A stretch of DNA of 64,000 nt from Dehalococcoidia bacterium (GTDB taxonomy: Bacteria > Chloroflexota > Dehalococcoidia > UBA2979): assembly GCA_029941115.1 (NCBI GenBank), contig JAPYRK010000006.1, positions 6,821 to 70,820 on the forward strand. The letters run 5' to 3'. Positions 29,662 through 38,586 of this stretch are shown here, in pieces. The first letter of the stretch is position 1; each line of letters opens with the position of its first letter. The translations under genes and the position numbers were made by a program. Below the pieces are notes generated by a model. It saw nothing but the letters and a program-made list of their open reading frames with translations, was not told where the DNA came from and ran no database searches.

Positions 29662-30911
29662 TAGGTAATTCCTAGCTTTGTAAGATTGGATCTCTCAGAA
29701 GTCGTAAGTCCTAATCTAGTTTTGAAGAATTCCTCGTTATGTTCCCCAAGCTGTGGTGCAGGACGGTAAACGGCCCACGGTGTTTCTGAAAATAGATATG
29801 GTGCGCCAGGTATTTTATAACTGCCTACAACCGGATGTTCTATCTCATGCCAAAAGCCTCTGACAGCCAAATGTTCACTTTCAATTATTTCATTAACCTT
29901 GTTGACTGGTTGAAAAGGAATTCTATTTTCCGAGAACAACTTGAATAATTCTGATCGAGTCTTACCTTTCATCCAAGGATGCCAAAACGCATCTAATTCC
30001 TTATGCCACTCAAAAGACAACCATCTATCAGAGAGCCTAGGATCATCGGCCCAGTCTGGATTATCCATAAGATTGATAAATCGTTTCCATTGTTCATCTA
30101 CCATCGTTATTACCTCCACAAAGCCATCAGAGGCTGGAGTGACCTGCCACGGATAAAATCCACTTCGATGTGTACCGTCTCTTGAACCGAGTACCCCCTG
30201 GAAGACAAATCCTGGAACGCCTGAGCCTCCCAAATAACTGGCCATAACTTCTACTACAGATATCCACGCATGCAATCCTTGGTTAAGTTGTCTTTTCTTA
30301 CGCAGTGCTAATAGAGCCGCAATGGCGCCATGAATACCTCCCTGAAAATCAGCCGCACAGTAAGGCAGCCAAAGAGGAACTTTATCCGGACTTCCAATTT
30401 TCTTAGAGGCACCTGAAGCGGCTGTAGCCGTTAGTGCTGTACCAGCCCAGTCTCTATAGGGTGTGTCGTAACCAAATATTGTGATGGATGACATGACGAG
30501 CATGTCATTGTTCTCGGATAGCGATTCGTAACTCAAACGTTCATTCGTGAGCTCTTCCAAAGAGAGATTACTGATTACCAAATCTACATCTGCTGCAGCC
30601 GAAATTAATAGATCCTGCCCGACTTGAGTAGCCAAGTCAAGAGTTACACTCTTCTTGTTAGTATTGAGGAATAGGTGTAACCCACTCTTTTCTATATGTG
30701 GAATGTCTTTTGGAAAAGGGCCATGGCTACGGAGCGAATCACCGATTATAGGTTTTTCTATCTTGATAACTTCAGCGCCTAGATCAGCCAATAATTTTCC
30801 AGCGTAGGCCACAGAGATGAAGTCACCGATCTCGAGCACTCGCAAATTCTTTAGTGGTCCGTGTATGTCCATAACTAGATCCTGTGCCGGAATCATAGTG
30901 AACACTGTCAA
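29661..30911 (-). CDS. CoA-transferase family III (CaiB/BaiF)
   Basis: Family III architecture; 416 aa. Confidence 0.85.
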   Translation of the reverse strand: MTVFTMIPAQDLVMDIHGPLKNLRVLEIGDFISVAYAGKLLADLGAEVIKIEKPIIGDSLRSHGPFPKDIPHIEKSGLHLFLNTNKKSVTLDLATQVGQDLLISAAADVDLVISNLSLEELTNERLSYESLSENNDMLVMSSITIFGYDTPYRDWAGTALTATAASGASKKIGSPDKVPLWLPYCAADFQGGIHGAIAALLALRKKRQLNQGLHAWISVVEVMASYLGGSGVPGFVFQGVLGSRDGTHRSGFYPWQVTPASDGFVEVITMVDEQWKRFINLMDNPDWADDPRLSDRWLSFEWHKELDAFWHPWMKGKTRSELFKLFSENRIPFQPVNKVNEIIESEHLAVRGFWHEIEHPVVGSYKIPGAPYLFSETPWAVYRPAPQLGEHNEEFFKTRLGLTTSERSNLTKLGIT

Positions 30912-31030
30912 CTTTTTCCATGAAAAATCTCAAAAGGATGGGAAAATACTCTAAATAGTGCTTTTTCTGAGGTACGAATTAGAAATTGTTATTTCTAGAT
31001 CAAAGGCCTTCTGCAGACAATCTGGATTCG

Positions 31031-31495
31031 CTACTTCTTATTTCGCATTTCGGTGAATTTAATCATCTTGATTGCTTCGGAGACACTCATTCGACCGATT
31101 GGTCCTGATGCGTAGAGCGATCCTAGAATTTTGCCACTAGCATCTAGCAAAAATTCTGCGGGTTGGGAATATTCACCATGGTGATCTGCTCCCCACCAAA
31201 CACCGAGCGATTCAGCATGGCTTTTTTCCACGCTGTGAATCATGGTGAATGTCAGATTATTTTTAGTAACGACCCCGCCTACCTGGTCAGGTGTATCTAC
31301 GCTCGCAGCGTACACCGTCACCCCCAGCTGTTCGAGTTCTTTTTTTGCAGACTGCCATTCGGCCAACTGCCGATTACAGAACGGTCACCAGTGTCCACGA
31401 TAGAAAAGTATAGCCGCATATTTGGTGGGGATATCTCTAGGTAGCTCGATCTTGTCTTCGTCAAGTGTTTTAAAAACTAGCGAGGGGAAGGTCAT
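31031..31495 (-). CDS. thioredoxin-fold Prx/AhpC-TSA-like thiol peroxidase, selenoprotein candidate (UxxC; Sec codon TGA at 31385..31387)
   Basis: Reading through one in-frame TGA gives MTFPSLVFKTLDEDKIELPRDIPTKYAAILFYRGHW-U-PFCNRQLAEWQSAKKELEQLGV, a 154 aa product. The track reports only the 3' fragment, 31031..31366. Confidence 0.62.
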
Positions 31496-31528
31496 ATTTT
31501 GTTGAAGCATATTATTCAATGTTAGAGC

Positions 31529-31975
31529 CTATTCTGGCGCGAAGCTTGATCGGGCTTGCGCTCCCCAATTGCCATCAATTTTTCTCATTATCCAAAGAGC
31601 TTGCTGCGTGGTAATTGGGTGCTCATTTTCGTCGTAGCGAGTCCATTGAATAAAGAGATGCACTTTTTTTTTGGAACTGTGGATTACCTCAACTGAATCG
31701 AGCACGGTGTATTTCCAAGATGCTCCTGCTCGATCCCTAAAACCTTGTAGATACTTTTCCTCCAGTTCTTTTCTAGTCTGGTAGATCGTCACACGTTCAC
31801 CGGCAATACGGATATGAGGGATGTGTAACTTTTCAAAGAGGGTTTTATGATCTGCGGCGTTTAGGGCGGTTATATATTCCTGAACAGCACGTATTGACCC
31901 TGATTCAGCTGATCTAAGCTGCTGTTTACTTATTTTTTTTGGTTCTGAACTTGACAACTTTTGACTAACTAACAA
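31529..31975 (-). CDS. hypothetical protein (possible NTF2/SnoaL-like fold)
   Basis: A 148 aa ORF with no diagnostic motif and long T/A homopolymers inside. Confidence 0.3.
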   Translation of the reverse strand: MLVSQKLSSSEPKKISKQQLRSAESGSIRAVQEYITALNAADHKTLFEKLHIPHIRIAGERVTIYQTRKELEEKYLQGFRDRAGASWKYTVLDSVEVIHSSKKKVHLFIQWTRYDENEHPITTQQALWIMRKIDGNWGAQARSSFAPE

Positions 31976-32113
31976 TTAACTACAGAACAAGGATAATTGA
32001 TATTTTCAGTCTACCTGTTTGTACAGATTTTTTTTTGATATAGTTAAATCAGTTACGTGTTGACTTATTAGTCAGCAATAATTGGATGCGGGGGCTTCTA
32101 CCCCAAATCTAAT

Positions 32114-32149
32114 AAGGAGCGAGGTCTCAACCTCGCTCCTTATTTTTTG
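32114..32149 (+). terminator. strong rho-independent terminator with no annotated upstream + strand gene
   Basis: AAGGAGCGAGG-tctcaa-CCTCGCTCCTT followed by ATTTTTTG. A smaller GGGGcttctaCCCC hairpin precedes it at about 32088..32105. Confidence 0.55.
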
Positions 32150-32471
32150 CTCAAAACTATTGATTTGAAATCACATTGTCTAATTTCTTCTTGAAAACAT
32201 TAGACTTAAACGTATTATGAAATTAGTTACGCGACGTCATCAGCACGAGCCGAATGTCCGAGTAATTACTGGGTATGGAGTTTTGTTGGTAGTAAGCAGT
32301 GCATTAGCTTGGCTTTCAGTTCTGATATGGTTCAGTAAACAGGTTTCTAAGGTGATTAATACGTCTTTCAACGAGTAATGGAGTGTCGCGGCTTATCGAT
32401 TTACCTGAAGACGTAGCTATTAAGTAGATACAATCAGATTAGTATTTAGATATACATTTTTGGAGAACACT

Positions 32472-33077
32472 ATGCCAAAGGATTTCACAGATGGTCAGCG
32501 AGAGGTTCAAGCTCAAGCTGACTCGCTTCGACTTGCTGATCAAATGGCTGAGAAAGTTGTACATTCCTCTATTCGAGAGAATGATCGGCTTTTTATTGAA
32601 GCACGAGATATGTTTTTTCTTGCTACGGTCGACGCGGATGGTCGTGCTAATTGTTCCTATAAGGGTGGTTCGCCGGGTTTCGTACGAGTATTGGATGAGG
32701 AAACAATTGCTTTTCCTGTTTATGACGGGAATGGAATGTTTATGACGGCCGGAAGCGTCCTCGATAATGGTGAGGTGGGATTACTATTTATCGACTTTGA
32801 GGGCCAGAGTCGAATGCGTCTTAATGGGACTGCATCGCTTCACTCCTCAGACGACCTATTGTCTGAATATCCTGAGGCCCAATTTATAGTGAAAGTTAAG
32901 GCGCGCGAAGTATTTGTTAATTGCCCGCGATACATTCATAAGCTGGAACTCGTTGAGCGGTCGGTGTTTGTTCCGGAGTCTGGAACAAAAACACCAATAG
33001 CAGACTGGAAAGTGAAGATGATCGAGGCTGGTTCTGGTGATTTATTGAGTTCCAAGGATCAGACGTTACCTGATTAG
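32472..33077 (+). CDS. pyridoxamine 5'-phosphate oxidase (PNPOx-like) family FMN/F420-binding protein
   Basis: FFLATVDADGRANCSYKGG split-barrel motif. Start taken at the second ATG (32472), which has a GGAGA RBS. Confidence 0.72.
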   Translation: MPKDFTDGQREVQAQADSLRLADQMAEKVVHSSIRENDRLFIEARDMFFLATVDADGRANCSYKGGSPGFVRVLDEETIAFPVYDGNGMFMTAGSVLDNGEVGLLFIDFEGQSRMRLNGTASLHSSDDLLSEYPEAQFIVKVKAREVFVNCPRYIHKLELVERSVFVPESGTKTPIADWKVKMIEAGSGDLLSSKDQTLPD

Positions 33078-33146
33078 ATATTCAAACTGATTTTGATAAA
33101 GAGATATGCCCGTACATATGCACGGGCATATCTACAAAGTCTGCTA

Positions 33147-33515
33147 CTAATACACCGTTACTATTGCTACCACAGCAACAACAACAGGCAGAATTAGATT
33201 TGTTGCTCGAAACATGGCCCAAGGTGTTGCTTTCAAATCTGCATAAGTCGAAGTGTTTTTCATTTCCTCGTCATCAAGATCCAGTAGATCTGAGCCGATC
33301 ATCATTGAGCCTTTAATGGCTGGATCGCCAGCAATTATTTGGAAAAGAGCGGCAACAACTATTGCGACGCTTACCAGTAGTCGCTTCTCGGGTTCGATGT
33401 CTGTGGCGAGAATTGTTATGACAAGAGCCATTTGGCTAGTGATAGCAATTGCACTGACTTTCCAATAATCGCCAATTCGGTTTCTAAGGCCTTCGGTAAG
33501 TTCATTTCGGTTCAT
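33147..33515 (-). CDS. hypothetical small membrane protein
   Basis: Two predicted TM helices. An AAGGAG RBS precedes the internal ATG at 33515. Confidence 0.4.
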   Translation of the reverse strand: MNRNELTEGLRNRIGDYWKVSAIAITSQMALVITILATDIEPEKRLLVSVAIVVAALFQIIAGDPAIKGSMMIGSDLLDLDDEEMKNTSTYADLKATPWAMFRATNLILPVVVAVVAIVTVY

Positions 33516-33651
33516 CGAGTCTCCTTTTGATTCACGGTAAGAATACAGCTTGCTACACAAGATTTGTGTCAAAAAATCTTCTGCGAGAAGATTTAGTAGG
33601 CCACTCGATCCATGATTTTATTGTTAATTGACCGTGAACCATTAGGACTGG

Positions 33652-33894
33652 TCAAAGAGTGAAATGTGTGTCATCGCATAGAGGTTGATCTCCGGAATTC
33701 TTACATCCACAGAAATAGATTTCCTCATCAGCTTCGGCCGTGTACCTCACCGGCTTAAATTCAGTGCTGCGATGTGAGGAGTCACAAAATGGTTGCTTGG
33801 CACTCTTGCCGCATGAACACCAAAGATAATTCTTGCCCCTCTCCACCTTCACAATGTATGGGTCTTTCTGTGCTATGACTGGTAGCTCTTTCAT
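33652..33894 (-). CDS. CDGSH iron-sulfur domain protein (two CDGSH-type motifs)
   Basis: CSCGKSAKQPFCDSSH and CGCKNSGDQPLCDDTH. A strong GAGGAAGG RBS precedes the ATG at 33894. The track's longer N-terminus has no RBS. Confidence 0.75.
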   Translation of the reverse strand: MKELPVIAQKDPYIVKVERGKNYLWCSCGKSAKQPFCDSSHRSTEFKPVRYTAEADEEIYFCGCKNSGDQPLCDDTHFTL

Positions 33895-34166
33895 TGATAA
33901 ACCTTCCTCACAATGAGTCACATAATTCTTATGGGACTGAGTTAAGTGGAAGCGTACCAGATTTCGTCGAACTTGATAGCACGTCAAGTTTTGGCCATCG
34001 AATAAATATCTAAGCGTGGGGCAATTTCAGGCTATGTAGCTATTTTCTCGCGTTTAATAGCTGGCTCTCCATAGCTGAGATTCGAGAACGGACTTATGAG
34101 AATGTCAGCCACTGGTTTCATCCTTTCACTCTCTAATCAGCGGTTAGTTATGCTGATAGATGATTG

Positions 34167-34559
34167 CTAAGAAACGGCTGCGATTGCTTCTATTTCAACT
34201 TTTACATCAGGTCGAAAAAGACCAGCGACGTAAATCCAGCTCATAGCAGGAGGACCCTCGGGAAACTCTTTTGTATTTGCCTCACCGATGCTTTGCCAGT
34301 CGCTAGGTTTTTCGGTCAGGAACACAGTAATTCTTGCAATATCCAGTGACGATCCACCCTCAGACGTAACTATCGCATTGATGTTAGCTAGAGCTTGTGC
34401 ATACTGGGCTTCAAGTCCATTAATAATACTGCCATCCATTCGATTTCCGATTTGACCAGCAATGGCGAGGACACGTTGGTCACTTGGGATGATTGCAAGA
34501 TTTCGGTAGCCACCTGCCGGCGCTGGTACGGTATCTGGATCGACGAATTTCACGCTCAT
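34167..34559 (-). CDS. RidA/YjgF family protein
   Basis: 130 aa from the ATG at 34559 with an AAGGAAC RBS, carrying the RidA trimer-interface pattern. Confidence 0.75.
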   Translation of the reverse strand: MSVKFVDPDTVPAPAGGYRNLAIIPSDQRVLAIAGQIGNRMDGSIINGLEAQYAQALANINAIVTSEGGSSLDIARITVFLTEKPSDWQSIGEANTKEFPEGPPAMSWIYVAGLFRPDVKVEIEAIAAVS

Positions 34560-34718
34560 TATCTTGTTCCTTTTTGGTGCGCGATAGTTGTTTTTATGTT
34601 GAGAGATCATAATACAGTTAATTTCAGAGTGAAGTTATTTAGTTGAAAGTTGGACTCAATCTCCGCAGAAATTAGAGGGCGAAGTTCTTTCGGCCTCTAA
34701 TTAGATTTGTGAGTTTGG

Positions 34719-34774
34719 GAGGTGATCCGTTATTGGTGAACTCGGCAAAGCTTTGGCCAATAACGGATCACCTC
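34719..34774. repeat. perfect 18 bp inverted repeat with 20 nt spacer (large hairpin) upstream of the RidA gene
   Basis: GAGGTGATCCGTTATTGG ... CCAATAACGGATCACCTC. A second, 14 bp imperfect hairpin lies at 34670..34702 (AATTAGAGGGCGAAG-ttc-TTTCGGCCTCTAATT). Confidence 0.6.
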
Positions 34775-34833
34775 ATCTTAGAGCTTGTGCGAGTAAACAA
34801 CCATATGCCAAGTGAGGAAAATCTTTTTAGGTA

Positions 34834-35025
34834 TCAGCTTTTCTTTCCGTTGTAAGCTTCGTCTAACTGCGACCACTTGGCTCGTCCATTCCGTTGTTCC
34901 CAGTGAGAAATAGCTTCCTGTTCTGATTTTTTGGATTCAGCTTGTTTTCGTGCGTTGTTTTTAGCCTTTTCAAGCAATAATTTTAGAGTGGCTGGATCAG
35001 CCTTATTCGACATACTTTTCTCCAA
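34834..35025 (-). CDS. hypothetical small lysine-rich protein (about 59-63 aa)
   Basis: The track ORF begins with TTG. The first ATG (35011..35013) gives MSNKADPATLKLLLEKAKNNARKQ... Confidence 0.3.
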   Translation of the reverse strand: MEKSMSNKADPATLKLLLEKAKNNARKQAESKKSEQEAISHWEQRNGRAKWSQLDEAYNGKKS

Positions 35026-35097
35026 CAGTTTTAGAAGCCTTATGAATTTATTTCAAATCTGGGTAACAAGTCTCATTCACAATAAATACAGAGTTTT

Positions 35098-35526
35098 CTA
35101 GGCAGGAACCGCCAGAAATACCGGAATAACACGTGAAGTTTTTTCTTGATACTCCTCATAGGGTGGGTATGCCGCTACCGCGATCTTCCAGAGCCGCTCT
35201 TTTTCCACTGGGTCAGTAACCTCGTGTACCGACATTAACTGTACTTTATCGATATCTCTGATTTCCACGTTTGTCTCAGATTTCAGGTTGTAGTACCAGA
35301 CAGGATGCTTGGGCGCCCCGCCCCATGAAGCTACCAAGACATAATTGTCACCGTCTACGACGCGCATTAATGGTGTTTTCCTGACCGCGCCCGTTTTGTT
35401 GCCTTTGTTAGTCACAATAATGCATGGCAAATCATACAAAGTAGTACCCTCTGCACCGTTGCTACTCTCATATAGTTCCACCTGGTTGGCAACCCAGTCA
35501 ATTGGGTTTGCAATGTACTCACTCAT
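35098..35526 (-). CDS. F420H2-dependent reductase family protein (deazaflavin-dependent nitroreductase/quinone reductase, DUF385/PF04075)
   Basis: KTPLMRVVDGDNYVLVASWGGAPKHPVWYYNL ... ERLWKIAVAAYPPYEEYQEKTSRVIPVFLAVP matches the Ddn-family core. Confidence 0.8.
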   Translation of the reverse strand: MSEYIANPIDWVANQVELYESSNGAEGTTLYDLPCIIVTNKGNKTGAVRKTPLMRVVDGDNYVLVASWGGAPKHPVWYYNLKSETNVEIRDIDKVQLMSVHEVTDPVEKERLWKIAVAAYPPYEEYQEKTSRVIPVFLAVPA

Positions 35527-35662
35527 GATTCCTCCATCAGTCCACTTATGTCAGAAATGTAGTGTATTTGATTTTAGGTATGTACAGATAAATTAAAGAC
35601 TGACTTATAGCTAATAGATTAGCCAATACCGCAAGTCACGTGGCTGAAGGATTGATGAGGCT

Positions 35663-36976
35663 TTACTCGAATGTATTGGCGGGCCTCTCTAAGCCGTAAT
35701 GGTCACGTAACGTCTTACCTCGGTACTCGGTTCTGAAGAGTCCTTTTTTTTGTAATAATGGAACGACCTCGTCGATAAAAATATCCAACATTTTAGGTAG
35801 CACAGGTGGCATGAGGTTAATTCCATCAGCCACGCCATCGGTGAACCAATCTTCAATAAGATCCGCGATATGTTCTGGTGTTCCTGAAACTACATAATGT
35901 CCGCGGGCGCCCGCTAACTTCGACAGTAACTGTCGCATTGTAGGCCTTTCATTACGAACTACTCCGAGGATCACTTCGGTGCGACTGCGCGCAGCTTCTA
36001 CAGTGGAGGGGTCCGGAAAGTCGTCTGGCGAAAGTGGAGTATCGAGTGGAAGGTGTGAGAAGTCTGTGCCACCGAATCTGGAAGCGAGACTTATTAGTCC
36101 CTCTTTGGGGTCAGCTAGGTTATTTAGATCATCCCTGAATAGTTGTGCTTCAGCATCAGTTGAGGCAATTACCGGGCTCAGACCCGGCAATATCAGACAT
36201 TGCTTTTCGTCGCGGCCTTCTGCTTTGACGAGTGATTTCAAATCGCCGTAAAATGCCTTCGCTGACGCCTTTTCCATATGGGCCGTGAATACGGCTTCTG
36301 CATGTTGAGCAGCGAATTTACGACCTGTGTCTGAGGATCCGGCTTGTACAAGCACTGGCCAACCCTGTGGTCCGCGAGGTACATTAAGTGGGCCGGCGAC
36401 GTTGTAAAAATTCCCTTCATGGCCGCCCTCGCGAACACTATTTTCCTTTAAATATTTTCCATTTTCTCGGTCATCAATAATTGCATCATCCGACCAGCTG
36501 TCCCACAAACTTCTAGTTACTGCCATAAATTCGTCAGCTCGTGCATACCGTTCAGCGTGGCTAATCTGACTTGCATAACCGTAATTTCGTGCTGCAGGTA
36601 CTGACCAGGAGGTGACGATGTTCCAGCCGATTCGACCGTTACTAATATGATCGAGTGACGCAAATTGTCTTGCTAGATTAAAGGGTTCTGTATAGGTGGT
36701 CGAAGCGGTGCCTATAAGCCCAATATTGTTAGTCGATACGGCGAGCGCGGCTAGAGATGTCAAAGGCTCTAAGCTGAGCGATGCGCCGCCGCCTCGAAAT
36801 GCAAGTTGATCAGCTAAGAAAATTGAGTCAAAAAAGCCTTCTTCCGCTCGCTGTGAAAGTCCTTGTAAGTAGCTGATGTCGGTTAAAGCAAGATCCGATG
36901 CATCTGGATGTCGCCACGAAGCTTCATGGTGGCCTCGGCTATTAATAAATAAATTCAGATGTAGTTCACGACTCAT
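35663..36976 (-). CDS. LLM-class FMNH2-dependent monooxygenase, NtaA/SnaA/DszA family
   Basis: The N-terminus HLNLFINSRGHHEASWRHP is the hallmark of the NtaA/DszA group; 437 aa. Confidence 0.9.
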   Translation of the reverse strand: MSRELHLNLFINSRGHHEASWRHPDASDLALTDISYLQGLSQRAEEGFFDSIFLADQLAFRGGGASLSLEPLTSLAALAVSTNNIGLIGTASTTYTEPFNLARQFASLDHISNGRIGWNIVTSWSVPAARNYGYASQISHAERYARADEFMAVTRSLWDSWSDDAIIDDRENGKYLKENSVREGGHEGNFYNVAGPLNVPRGPQGWPVLVQAGSSDTGRKFAAQHAEAVFTAHMEKASAKAFYGDLKSLVKAEGRDEKQCLILPGLSPVIASTDAEAQLFRDDLNNLADPKEGLISLASRFGGTDFSHLPLDTPLSPDDFPDPSTVEAARSRTEVILGVVRNERPTMRQLLSKLAGARGHYVVSGTPEHIADLIEDWFTDGVADGINLMPPVLPKMLDIFIDEVVPLLQKKGLFRTEYRGKTLRDHYGLERPANTFE

Positions 36977-37204
36977 AATGCTTTTCTAACTGTTAAAACC
37001 GTCGCAATTACTCATGATCAAATTATACTTTTCGTCAATTCTGGATAACTTTTCACTGTCATATATTTTGTTGCCTGTCTGAAATGTTATTTCATTACCA
37101 GACAGCAAAGCATATGTGAATGGCTTATTGGCTTTCGCAAGATATGTCACTGCTGTTTCTGAAACTATAGAGCAAGTATTTTCTTTAGCTTGTGCTGGTT
37201 TGTT

Positions 37205-38431
37205 CTATACCTTTCCATAGGGTTCAAGAACGGGTATCTGATCATCTGTAAGAGGGGCAAGAGGTACTTTCCTATCAAACGCTTCTTGGATGAACGGTGC
37301 GAGTTCCTCATTCTTGATTTGAAGTCGAGCGTCTTCTTCAGCATGAAATTCTGGCATCACTTCTTTTGCGAAAAGATTTAAGGAGTCACATATATCGGAA
37401 TGTTTATTTTTTCCTCCTTGTTGGATGAAAATTGATTGATCAACCCCAAGGTCCGCAAACGCACGGAGATTCGATCGTACTTGGTCTGGTGTGCCAATTG
37501 CGCCTCGACTCGCTGTGATGTTTCCTTTTTCGCCCCCACCGGTTAAGTCGGGCGCGACTATCCCACTCCGAACATCCATATAGTTATCCCAAATGTTTGT
37601 GCGGCCAGGTTGGTGTTTTCCCTGGACATAATAATGTCCGAGTGCGTATTGAAAGAAACGGAGTCCGTCAATTCCACGCTCTATAGCAACTTGTTCATCC
37701 TGATGAAGCGAAAAGCCCATCACGAAGGCAATATTTGGATTGACGGCATGGCCAATTGGAATACATTCATTCTTAAAGGTATCGTAATAATCATCTACCC
37801 ATGGTTTTGCCTCGTCCGCGTCGACAAAGCTAAAGGTCAAGGCGCCGATACCGTGCCGCGCGGCCATTTTTATGGTTTCACGGCTTGAGCAGGCAACCCA
37901 AAGAGGAGGATGAGGTTTTTGTAGAGGTTTTGGAACTACATTTCGTGTGGGCATTGAGAAGAATTCGCCGTTATAGCCAGGGTACGGGTCCATAACCATC
38001 ATATTGGTAACTTGTTCGACCGCTTCCTCCCACTGCGCGCGTTTGGACGTGGGATCTACGTTATAACCTTCCAACTCTGTCCGTGACGCAGATTCACCGG
38101 TACCAAATTCAACTCGCCCGTTTGAGAGAAGGTCTAGAGTAGAAATTCGCTCGGCAATTCGCGCCGGAGCATTGTAGCCGGGTGGCATCAGAGTTATACC
38201 GTGCCCCAGCCGAATTTGGGAGGTTCGCTGTGAAGCCGCACCGAGAAACACCTCAGGGGCAGAGGAGTGGGAATACTCTTCCAAGAAATGATGCTCCACT
38301 TCCCATGCGTAATCAATACCAAGTTTGTCAGCGAGCTCTACTTGATCGAGTGCTTCGTGGAGCAGTGTTGCTTCACCATTTTCTGTCCAAGGTCGTGGAT
38401 ATTGATGTTCATAAAATACACCGAATTTCAT
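37205..38431 (-). CDS. LLM-class flavin-dependent oxidoreductase
   Basis: 408 aa from MKFGVFYEH (ATG 38431, GAGGT RBS). The track's 32 aa N-extension has no RBS. Confidence 0.85.
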   Translation of the reverse strand: MKFGVFYEHQYPRPWTENGEATLLHEALDQVELADKLGIDYAWEVEHHFLEEYSHSSAPEVFLGAASQRTSQIRLGHGITLMPPGYNAPARIAERISTLDLLSNGRVEFGTGESASRTELEGYNVDPTSKRAQWEEAVEQVTNMMVMDPYPGYNGEFFSMPTRNVVPKPLQKPHPPLWVACSSRETIKMAARHGIGALTFSFVDADEAKPWVDDYYDTFKNECIPIGHAVNPNIAFVMGFSLHQDEQVAIERGIDGLRFFQYALGHYYVQGKHQPGRTNIWDNYMDVRSGIVAPDLTGGGEKGNITASRGAIGTPDQVRSNLRAFADLGVDQSIFIQQGGKNKHSDICDSLNLFAKEVMPEFHAEEDARLQIKNEELAPFIQEAFDRKVPLAPLTDDQIPVLEPYGKV

Positions 38432-38586
38432 AGCTACCTCTTGCCCGCAAAAAAATGCAACTTCCAATTTGTGCACAGCATAGCACTGGGCTCCTAAAGT
38501 AGAGACATGAAGTCTCATAAAAATCACCGTCTACCTTCTCAAGTAAGGTGAATTGACTATGTTGCTTGATAGTGAGGGAGATTAGT

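Noticed and set aside
31163-31444. 93 aa + strand ORF
   Set aside because: It is antisense to the Prx-like selenoprotein gene, so it is an artefact of the split caused by the Sec codon.
37205-38527. Extended N-termini given by the track for the LLM gene (38432..38527), groES (5623..5667), the CoA-transferase genes at 60169 and 62570, and the CDGSH, RidA and VOC genes
   Set aside because: The internal ATGs coincide with family-typical N-termini and are each preceded by a Shine-Dalgarno-like motif at 5-9 nt. The longer forms have none.
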